DNA of 63,633 nucleotides, counting the filler, from Trichomonas gallinae (Eukaryota): NCBI GenBank assembly GCA_008369845.1. It is 8 parts of 8 records of this genome, joined end to end, with 100 filler letters (N's around TTAATTAATTAA, not from the genome) between each part and the next. Parts side by side here need not be neighbours in the genome. Positions count along the whole stretch, not along the records: positions 52,871 to 59,946 come from MRSU01000464.1; positions 60,047 to 61,237 come from MRSU01000501.1; positions 61,338 to 63,633 come from MRSU01000509.1; 5 more parts are not named here. One strand, given 5' to 3'. The notes under the pieces are model-generated. The model saw only the letters and a program-made list of their open reading frames with translations, ran no database searches and was not told the origin of the DNA. Below, piece by piece: positions 55,405 to 63,633 of the stretch. How positions within the stretch are numbered: position 1 is the stretch's first letter; every line of letters begins with the position of its first letter. Made by a program: the position numbers and the translations under genes.

Positions 55405-58400
55405 ATGAATGTTGCAAGCGAGCCAAAGGAGCAATCTTTTGGCAGTACGCTGCACAATTCATTTAATCTATGGAGGCATGAATTAAAGTCTCTTGTTGCT
55501 GTTACTCCTGAGATTTTTGATTCGAATGCTTTCAAAACATTCACATCTGTCGGAGTTGTTGCTGTTTCTCTTTACAATCTCGAGTCAAATATGCGATTAT
55601 CCGGTTTAGAACTTTCTTCGAAGCATTATTGCTGGAATGATATGAAAAATAAAGACCCAGCATCGATATCTGATATTGTTTCGTATCAAATATGTCATAA
55701 TATTCTAAAATTTACTCAAGATTCTGTTGTTAGATTGTCAGATCCTTCGCCAGCAAGAATTCTCAATCAAATCAAAGAATTAGGAAATATGCAACGAAAT
55801 AAGCGATATTTATTTCTTTACATAGGCCATGGATCTCCAAAACCGATTAGTTTTGAAGGAATTACGCTGATTCCTGATGATACTGTTGGATGCGAAATAT
55901 TGACTGGAAAACAGCTTCTAGATGCAATACCAATTCCATCATGCTTCATATTTGATGCTGACTACTCAGGACTGCTCTTTCGAGAATTTGCAGATCCGAA
56001 TTCTAAATCTGATCGATTTGCTTTCTTTTCATGTGGTCCATCAGAAAGAGTGCCACATAAAATAGGTCTTCCATCTGATTTATTTACGTCATGTCTTCTC
56101 ACTCCTGCAAATGTTGCAATTCTTTGGGGATCCCGACAATTTTACTCATTTATGACGGGAGGTGTCAGAGAGATACCCATAAACTACTTCAGTGAAGAAA
56201 ATGGTGTAAAACCACACTTAGTTACATTTTCATTCGAAATTGAAAGATTACTGACTGTTTTAGTTGTTGCTATGGCATTTGAAAACATGCCTGCTGATAT
56301 GCTTTATAATTGCTTCTTCAGAGACAGTCAAATTGGAAAATTATTTGTTAATTTTTGTTTCTTCAGAAGAATTGGACAAGAAATAGGCATTAACCCAATC
56401 TGTTACCCAGAAATTCCAAATTTATCTCATCACGAACTCTGGGAATTTTTTGATTTATATATCGACAGAGTTTTACTTAGATTAATTCAAATGGAGAACA
56501 ATACAACAGTTTCTAATTCAACTATTACAGGTGATTTCTCATCATTTCTAGTTGATGCGTTATCAGCAATCGAAAATATTTTGAAATTAAAAATATACGA
56601 TAGCGTTCCAAGTGAGTTTTCTCTTATGCCTCTTATATTATCAGAAACATCACTACAGCAGCGAGCTATTTTCGCTGTCTGCAAGTTCATTGATCTCGGA
56701 GAAAAAGCAACTCGCGCTGCAATATGTTATGGAATGATGCCAATAATAATGAGCTTGCCTTACAACGAAATTAACGAGATTCTGCTGCCTGTAGCATACT
56801 GCGCAGTTAAAATGCAATGCTACTCTTTAAACAGCGACATTATATTAAGATCATTCACTTGCTCAGCACTGCCAGTAAGAAACAGATTGATTTTCATGTC
56901 TTCGCAAGTCAGTGATCCAAGATATTTGTTGTTGATAATAGTCTTAATGACTGTTGGAATGTTATTGGAATATGGTGATAATGCGAATGAAGTTGAACCT
57001 GAAGTTTTCACTTTTGTTATTAATTCAGTTTCTGGTCCTTCATTAACTGTCGCTTATTGGGCATTGCTTTATTTATCGCAGTTTTTGGCTGTTGTTCCTG
57101 ATCCTGTAGGACTCGCCGAAGAGTTCAATCTTATCTCAGCGCTGGAAAAATCAAAAACTGCGCCACAAGCTGAAATTAGAGCTGCTGCTTTATCTGTTGT
57201 ATCATCAATGGTTGACTTTGAACGAGAAACAGCTGAAAGCGTGTCAAATCTAATAAATGATTTGACTCAGAAATACGCACACGATCCATCTATGTTAGTT
57301 AGAATGCAGTTAGTTATCTTTGCACAAAAATTGCTCGAAAACAGTGCAATTTTTGAAACCGAATTCATTAATTCATATAATGGGCTTTGTTATTTGATGA
57401 CAATTTTGACGCAAGATCTAAACCAAGAGATTGCTGATCTTGCTACATCAGTTCTCAAAGCAATTTCAGTCAATGCTCCACTTTCGTCAAATGGACTTTT
57501 AACATCTTTGTTGAGCGGGTCAATTTCAGACTTCTTGAATGTCAAATATGAAAAATTCGAGAAATACGGATTCAACACTAAAACATTTATTCCTCCTGCA
57601 CCACCGCCAACAATTTTCTGCTCTGTTAGCAATCAAGGCGACCTTAAATTTGCAGAGTATGACACATTCAAGCACGAAAACCATTTGGCAGCAGCAGATC
57701 CAATTTTCCTTGACAGTTCACATCTTGCGTTTGCTGATGAAAACTGCAATTTAATTATCAGGAACATTTGGAATCATAGTATAGAATGGAACCATTCAGC
57801 CAATATATTATTTAGCTCGGCAACTCGCCAGCATAAGATATCGAAGATGTTTTCAATGAATGAATTGTCAGCTTTACTTTTAACATCATCAGGCGAAGTC
57901 TCATTGATAACAGAATTGAATTCCCCGACGCCTATGATACTTGATGCATTTTCATTGATTCCTCCTGATGCTGAGAATTTCCATCCACCTGTTTATGAAT
58001 ATTCTTATATAGATTTCTGCCTTTATTCCAGCATTGACAGCGGAATAATTCAGCCGTGGAAACTCGATGTTTGTTCATATCTTTCTCCTCTCAAAATCTC
58101 TGACGAAAAAATCAATTGCATCCATGAATTATCATTCGCGCATAAATCATTAGCAGTTGGATGCTCGAACTTCAAAATTGTCGACTTGAGGGAAGCAAAG
58201 ACTACTCTTTCTGCTGATACTCCAGCTCCACCAACAAAAATCGTCCAGTCCAAACTAAGAGACAAAGAATATATCGTGTTGATGGAAGACACTGGAATGT
58301 GCAAAATCGACTTCAGGTCACCTCAAGTCGTCCAGATTCTTAATACGAGTGATGTGGCTAATGTATGGATGTGCGATTGGAACCCATTAATGTTGATGAA

Positions 58401-58572
58401 CGGACCGAATCTTTATCTTTATGATGAAAGCAGACACTGCTTCCCTATGTCTCAATATATCTCACCAAGCGTAAGAACAGAAACGGTTGTTAACGCTGCA
58501 TTTCATCCATCAGAACAGAGTCTTTCTATTGGTTATTCTAATGGTATTGTTTCGACCATTAAGATAACATAA
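55405..58572 (+). CDS. RPTOR: Raptor/Kog1-like TORC1 scaffold, divergent
   Basis: RNC motifs RYLFLYIGHGSPKP, LPSDLFTSCLLTP, HELWEFFDLYID; HEAT-like DPSMLVRMQL; degenerate WD40-like C-terminus. Confidence 0.85.
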   Translation: MNVASEPKEQSFGSTLHNSFNLWRHELKSLVAVTPEIFDSNAFKTFTSVGVVAVSLYNLESNMRLSGLELSSKHYCWNDMKNKDPASISDIVSYQICHNILKFTQDSVVRLSDPSPARILNQIKELGNMQRNKRYLFLYIGHGSPKPISFEGITLIPDDTVGCEILTGKQLLDAIPIPSCFIFDADYSGLLFREFADPNSKSDRFAFFSCGPSERVPHKIGLPSDLFTSCLLTPANVAILWGSRQFYSFMTGGVREIPINYFSEENGVKPHLVTFSFEIERLLTVLVVAMAFENMPADMLYNCFFRDSQIGKLFVNFCFFRRIGQEIGINPICYPEIPNLSHHELWEFFDLYIDRVLLRLIQMENNTTVSNSTITGDFSSFLVDALSAIENILKLKIYDSVPSEFSLMPLILSETSLQQRAIFAVCKFIDLGEKATRAAICYGMMPIIMSLPYNEINEILLPVAYCAVKMQCYSLNSDIILRSFTCSALPVRNRLIFMSSQVSDPRYLLLIIVLMTVGMLLEYGDNANEVEPEVFTFVINSVSGPSLTVAYWALLYLSQFLAVVPDPVGLAEEFNLISALEKSKTAPQAEIRAAALSVVSSMVDFERETAESVSNLINDLTQKYAHDPSMLVRMQLVIFAQKLLENSAIFETEFINSYNGLCYLMTILTQDLNQEIADLATSVLKAISVNAPLSSNGLLTSLLSGSISDFLNVKYEKFEKYGFNTKTFIPPAPPPTIFCSVSNQGDLKFAEYDTFKHENHLAAADPIFLDSSHLAFADENCNLIIRNIWNHSIEWNHSANILFSSATRQHKISKMFSMNELSALLLTSSGEVSLITELNSPTPMILDAFSLIPPDAENFHPPVYEYSYIDFCLYSSIDSGIIQPWKLDVCSYLSPLKISDEKINCIHELSFAHKSLAVGCSNFKIVDLREAKTTLSADTPAPPTKIVQSKLRDKEYIVLMEDTGMCKIDFRSPQVVQILNTSDVANVWMCDWNPLMLMNGPNLYLYDESRHCFPMSQYISPSVRTETVVNAAFHPSEQSLSIGYSNGIVSTIKIT

Positions 58573-58843
58573 TAATAATTTGTATTTTATGTTGTTGTTT
58601 AAATTCATCTTTTAGTGAAATATCCGGATTTTATTCCATCATTATATATTAATTTAAAAGAAATTTTACAAAATTGAAAATATCAAAAAAAAATAACAAA
58701 GTAATATGATGAACATAAATGCAAAAAAATAAAAGCATGCATCAAGCTTTAAAATATATTTTGTATAAAAGATGTAATTTTAACAATATGGAAATTTCTA
58801 TTTAAAACATAAATTTGATTTGATGATAACTAATAAACAATAT

Positions 58844-59731
58844 TTAAAACATTAAATCAGCTGTCATTTCCTGCTGACGGCGCCTATTATCATTTCTGAT
58901 CATAATAATGGACCAAATAATAGCAGTAATACAAAAACAAACAGATGCTAAAGCCAGCAATAACAAATTTTGTGCATCTTTCCTGGGGTTCTTATGCTTT
59001 GGTGGGAGTGGTTTAATAAAGTCTTCAGCGGCTGGTGAATGTAGAGGTGTTTTAGATGGTTTTGGAGGAACTTGTCCATATCCAATGTAGCCCGAATATG
59101 TAACAGCCCTTGGTTGTGTATAACTTTCAGCTGTGATCGAGAAATATGTTGATGCAGACATCCACGAAGCGCGAACGAGAGATACTGGAGCATTATCCAC
59201 TGTGATTGACTTAATCAGTTTAATTGGTGGTTTGCAAACAGAAAACAAAACTAAATCTCCTCTAATTTCTCCATTGATTGAAGTTGTTTGATCCATTGAT
59301 GTAAATAAGCAGACATTCGAATTTGAACTGTTTTGGAATGGTACTGTTACTCCTAGCTGATATTCTTGCTTAGGTAAATTATTCAAATACATTTCTGAGC
59401 AGTAATTGAGCCTATTGATGAAGTAATAAGCATCAAAGCATGGTCTGTGGTCTATTTGTTTGACTGTAATACGTCCATGGTGCTTAAAATAATATCCAAG
59501 GATGTTTTTATTGTATAAAGCCCATTTGAAAACTTGACCAGAAGGTTCAACTTCTTCAATTACGACATTAACACCTTCCACTTTGTCAAAATAAACAAAA
59601 ACATTTGGCTCACGTGTTTCATAGCAAACTGATCCTGCATGTGATTGACTAGAAAACCTGATAGGAGTTGTCCCGTCTTTGTTCATAGGGAGACAGTGAG
59701 ATATTGCAAAAACAAACAAGCTGAAAATCAT
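58844..59731 (-). CDS. Hypothetical type I membrane protein with Pro-rich stalk
   Basis: Signal-like MIFSLFVFAISHC (ATG 59731), VPPKPSKTP stalk, TM LLLLALASVCFCITAIIWSIIMI. Confidence 0.75.
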   Translation of the reverse strand: MIFSLFVFAISHCLPMNKDGTTPIRFSSQSHAGSVCYETREPNVFVYFDKVEGVNVVIEEVEPSGQVFKWALYNKNILGYYFKHHGRITVKQIDHRPCFDAYYFINRLNYCSEMYLNNLPKQEYQLGVTVPFQNSSNSNVCLFTSMDQTTSINGEIRGDLVLFSVCKPPIKLIKSITVDNAPVSLVRASWMSASTYFSITAESYTQPRAVTYSGYIGYGQVPPKPSKTPLHSPAAEDFIKPLPPKHKNPRKDAQNLLLLALASVCFCITAIIWSIIMIRNDNRRRQQEMTADLMF

Positions 59732-60046
59732 ATTAAAATTTTGCAACCGCTAAAATTTTTTTATAACAAATTATATCTATTTAGATATAGACAAATAACA
59801 AGACAAAAACAAGAAATCTCTCGACAAATTTGGAATTTCTCGATTCTCAATCATTAATTTAAAATATCAGAAGTGATTCAACTCGATTTTTTGCGAATTT
59901 CGAACTAATTTTGTGATAATTAGGATTGTTGATATGTGTGATTTATNNNNNNNNNNNNNNNNNNNNNNNNNNNNNNNNNNNNNNNNNNNNTTAATTAATT
60001 AANNNNNNNNNNNNNNNNNNNNNNNNNNNNNNNNNNNNNNNNNNNN

Positions 60047-60763
60047 TCAGAAACTCCTTCAATAACACCATCAGAAACACCTTCAATAACACCAAGTGAA
60101 ACTCCTTCAATAACACCATCAGAAACACCTTCAATAACACCAAGTGAAACTCCTTCAATAACACCAAGTGAAACTCTATCATCAACACCAAGTGAAACTC
60201 CTTCAATAACACCTAGTGAAACTCTATCATCAACACCAAGTGAAACTCCTTCAATAACTCCTTCATCAACACCTTCAATAACTCCTTCAACAACACCAAG
60301 TGAAACTCCATCAACAACACCAGATATAACTCTATCATCAACACCAAGTGAAACTCCTTCAATAACACCTGGTGTTACTCCATCTGAAACGATTAATGAA
60401 CTCATTGAAGAAAGTAACAATGCAGATGGTTTCAATAGGGACCTGATTTCAATCATCAATGAAAACAGAGGAACAGTCGCCATTATTGTAGCAGTCTTAG
60501 TAATTTTGATTCTCGCGGGAATTCTTGCATTCATTATTTTCTATTTAGTACGTAAAGGTGCTGGGGTAGCTGAAGAAGCTCAAAGTGAAGAAAAAGATGC
60601 AAATAATGGCGAAGAAACATCTGACTCGGGCGAAACTGTTTCAATATCGGAAGGTGATGCTGAAGATCTTCATTCTTCAATGATTTATGGAAATGATGAA
60701 GATTTCGAATCAGGCGAATCTTTTTCGATAACTGACGGTGATGTTAATGTTGTTTATTTGTAA
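60047..60763 (+). CDS. C-terminal part of a mucin-like surface protein (TPSETPSI repeats, TM helix, acidic tail); 5' end in the gap
   Basis: Open frame from the contig edge (SETPSITPSETPSI...), 24/12-bp tandem repeats to about 60390, in frame with ORF 60506-60763. Confidence 0.85.
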   Translation, partial: SETPSITPSETPSITPSETPSITPSETPSITPSETPSITPSETLSSTPSETPSITPSETLSSTPSETPSITPSSTPSITPSTTPSETPSTTPDITLSSTPSETPSITPGVTPSETINELIEESNNADGFNRDLISIINENRGTVAIIVAVLVILILAGILAFIIFYLVRKGAGVAEEAQSEEKDANNGEETSDSGETVSISEGDAEDLHSSMIYGNDEDFESGESFSITDGDVNVVYL

Positions 60764-61167
60764 AGCGTCATTAGAAAAACAAAATTGTATGAATGTGTTT
60801 ATAATAAAATATTTTAAAAAAATGTGGTAAGATTATAATGAACAATTTCTGTAATTATTATATGAAACTACATTTGATGGGCTAGTAATTGCGTTAAAAA
60901 CTGAAAGTCAGATTTGCCAGGCAGATTTTGGATTACAATACAACACAAAATGGATGCAGATTTATTGAAATCACTATTAACATGAGAAAAATCATCAGAT
61001 ATTATTGAAATGTAAAGATTTCGATGTTGTGGCAATCTGACATGTAAAGTATTTTTTCTTTTAGTAAAAGTAAGAAATTGCAATTGTTATCATGTAGTGA
61101 TAAGATATGACAATCATAAACATGTAAATAGCAATATCTATAAAGAAGAACAAAAATAAAGAAAAAA

Positions 61168-61237
61168 TGGAGGTGAGGGGAATCGAACCCCCGGCCTCAT
61201 CTATGCTAAAGACGCACTCTACCACTGAGCCACACCC
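61168..61237 (-). tRNA. tRNA-Ala(AGC), first two bases lost in the gap
   Basis: GGGTGTGGCTCAGTGGTAGAG...GTCT-TTAGCAT-AGAT...GGGGGTTCGATTCCCCT-CACCTCCA, followed by T6; G3:U70 pair is consistent with Ala. Confidence 0.93.
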
Positions 61238-61337
61238 NNNNNNNNNNNNNNNNNNNNNNNNNNNNNNNNNNNNNNNNNNNNTTAATTAATTAANNNNNNN
61301 NNNNNNNNNNNNNNNNNNNNNNNNNNNNNNNNNNNNN

Positions 61338-62135
61338 TCAAGAAGCAGCAGTGGAGGAGCAATATATTTCAGTTGCCAGAGTTCCATTGTCCAATACAGA
61401 TTTTGCACAACAAACACATACATTACTTCTGGTGATGGATTTCATTCATATTCAAATCTAAAAAATAACAACATTGAATGCCAAAATTATATCATTGATG
61501 GTTCAGTTTCACTTTGTTCCCAGACAAGCTGTAACTGCTTAGTATATTTAAATTCTGGAACCTGTGGAATTTTTTCAACTAATATTACAAAAAATTCGGT
61601 AAATTATCATTCTGGATTTTACATTATAAATATCAGAGGACTAGCAAAGATTGATTATTCAACATTTGAAGAAAATTATGCAAAAACGCAATCGTGTCTA
61701 TTTCATCAAACTAGTTCAGAAGGAAATTTTGAAGACTATATGTGTAACATCATTAAAAATACACAAGATAGTTCGAGTGGTGGAATCATATTCTCAGGGG
61801 ATGCGGTAATTGTAAGGAACTGTACAATTTTTGGACCTTATGGAAATGGAAAACCTTTTGGAAAGAGGGAGGATTTATTTGTCATCAATTGTCGAGTTGA
61901 CGATATTACGTATTTTAGTAATATTGGCACAGGAACATTCAGTCCTAGTGGCATCATTTTCGATAAAAGTCAGCTTATTCTTCATCACCTATCAACATAT
62001 AATTGCCATGCTTATAATCCTCTAGAAAATAAGATCAAAAACATCAATAAAAACGGGTTAACATGTTTATGTGACCCACATTACAACTATATTTCTAGAC
62101 TGTATTATAACAGTATACTAGTTTTTTGTTATTAA
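61338..62135 (+). CDS. GGAIY-containing Cys/Asn-rich hypothetical protein, 5' end in the gap (paralog 1)
   Basis: Open frame from the contig edge, SRSSSGGAIYFSCQSSIVQYRFC..., continuous with ORF 61740-62135 and colinear with the downstream paralog. Confidence 0.8.
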   Translation, partial: SRSSSGGAIYFSCQSSIVQYRFCTTNTYITSGDGFHSYSNLKNNNIECQNYIIDGSVSLCSQTSCNCLVYLNSGTCGIFSTNITKNSVNYHSGFYIINIRGLAKIDYSTFEENYAKTQSCLFHQTSSEGNFEDYMCNIIKNTQDSSSGGIIFSGDAVIVRNCTIFGPYGNGKPFGKREDLFVINCRVDDITYFSNIGTGTFSPSGIIFDKSQLILHHLSTYNCHAYNPLENKIKNINKNGLTCLCDPHYNYISRLYYNSILVFCY

Positions 62136-62417
62136 TAAGAATACAATGATTTTAAAAGTTTATCTGCGTGAATCAATGAATATTTTGAATTATAAATTAT
62201 TATTATATCCAGCAACAAAAAAAGGATTTAAATAGTTCATAGGAAGAAGAAAGGAAATAATTAAATTTCCGAAATTCAAGTCTGCATTAAACTAAAGCCA
62301 ACATCGAAATGTAATACATATTAATGATAGTAATTATAAATATCTTATAAAGATAGTTCAAATCATGGAATTTTATTATAAAATACAAAATGTGATATAA
62401 TATGCAGCAAATCTTAA

Positions 62418-63447
62418 ATGTTTTATCATATTTTTTCACAGTGATTATGCTCCAGCAGATGTTTGGAAGCGCTTTTATGTTGAATCATATGATGGTCATG
62501 AATATAATAATTATATACATAACTATGCTTATTCTAATCAAAACGAAATATATGTATATCAAAATATATTTTATCAATTATCCTCGGGTTCGATGTCGAT
62601 TTATTCGAATAATATTAAATTCCTTCATTCATGTTGTTTTTTCGACAGAAGCACACGAAATAGTCATGGTGGAGCAATATATTTCAATTGCCAAAGTTCC
62701 ATTGTCCAGCATAGATTTTGCACGACAAATACATACACAATCTCAGGATATGGATTCCATTCATATACAGATTTAAATGATAATAAAATTGATCGTCAAA
62801 ATTACATTGTCGAATGTTCAATTTCAATTTGTTCCCAGACAAGTTGCTCGAAATTATTATTTTTGAATTATGGGAATTGTGGTATTTTTGCATCCAACAT
62901 TACCAAAAATTATGTCAATTTCTATTCTGGATTCTATATTGAAAATGCCAGAGGATTAGCATTGATTAATTTTTCAACTTTTGAAGAAAATTATGCAAAA
63001 GAAAGTGTATGCTTGAATCATCATATTAGCCCAGAAGGATATTATGAAGATTACATGTGTAACATCGTTAAAAACACACAATATGGCACGTTTCTTGGAA
63101 TTATATTTGCTAATAATGACATGACAGTTAAAAACTGCACAGTTTTTGGACCTTATGGAAAGGGAAAACCATTTGCAAAAAATGGTGATTTTTTTGTCAT
63201 AAATTGCAAAGTTGATGATATAACTTATTATGACAATGGAGGCCCAGGAATATTCAGTTCTAATGGAATCATTTTCGATAAAAGCCAGATTATTCTTTGT
63301 CATTTATCAACTTATAATTGTCATGCACATAATAGTTTAGAAATGAATGTAATATATATATATAGAAATGACCTTACATGCAAAAAAAATCTCGACTACA
63401 AATTAATTTCTAGACTTTATTATAATAGTATAATAGGTTTTTGTTAA
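62418..63447 (+). CDS. GGAIY-containing Cys/Asn-rich hypothetical protein (paralog 2), apparent 1-nt frameshift after the ATG
   Basis: The frame of ORF 62593 is open back to 62401 (...FIIFFHSDYAPADVWKRFY...). ATG 62418 is one base out of frame across a T4 run. Confidence 0.7.
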
Positions 63448-63573
63448 TTATAAACATAAGTCATATATATTTTGTTTTGAATATCAATATTGTTAGATGA
63501 TAAACAAATCATTGAATTAAAATAAATAGCTATATTTGATAACATTAAATTATTAAACTGGTTGACCGAAGGT

Positions 63574-63633
63574 GGCCCCTATTGAGAGGAATTGAGAGAA
63601 AAAACGATTAAAAAGCCCTCAAATATAGGGGCC
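63574..63633. repeat. Inverted repeat GGCCCCTAT(-)TGAG ... CTCA(aat)ATAGGGGCC at the window end
   Basis: GC-rich arms at 63574-63586 and 63618-63633. Confidence 0.6.

Noticed and set aside
59995..60534. Minus-strand ORF with GVIEGVSL repeats
   Set aside because: Antisense shadow of the plus-strand TPSETPSI protein, which has a coherent TM helix, tail and stop.
62402..62776. 124-aa hydrophobic ORF MQQILNV...
   Set aside because: Alternate frame of the GGAIY paralog; homology to the upstream copy lies in the other frame.

Overview
AT-rich eukaryotic DNA with mostly intronless genes, short intergenic regions and TCAY-type initiators just upstream of ATGs. The gene content (BspA-like LRR protein, CAMK kinases, adaptins) and motifs point to a trichomonad, i.e. 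a Trichomonas-like parabasalid; this is inferred, and the species cannot be fixed from the sequence. The window is eight contigs joined by seven artificial 100-nt spacers (N44-TTAATTAATTAA-N44), so adjacency across spacers may not be real. Recognisable genes: VAMP7-type SNARE, CFAP54, an RWD protein, spatacsin (SPG11), an FHA-RING ligase, a SHIPPO-repeat protein, two kinases, a BspA-like protein, an alpha/beta hydrolase, an adaptin mu, a TRAPPC10-like protein, an alpha-adaptin, partial RPL3 and STT3, a divergent Raptor, several surface proteins and four tRNA genes. Signals the ORF track misses: (1) a membrane-protein gene that needs two tiny introns (24 and 26 nt) around a 9-nt micro-exon; (2) two back-to-back hairpins plus A15 behind a small His/Ala/Lys-rich gene; (3) phased 20-21 bp arrays of a TTGACATGTAAA-like motif at several loci; (4) ncRNA-like fragments at contig ends; (5) several disrupted genes. 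Family calls come from recalled motifs, not database searches.
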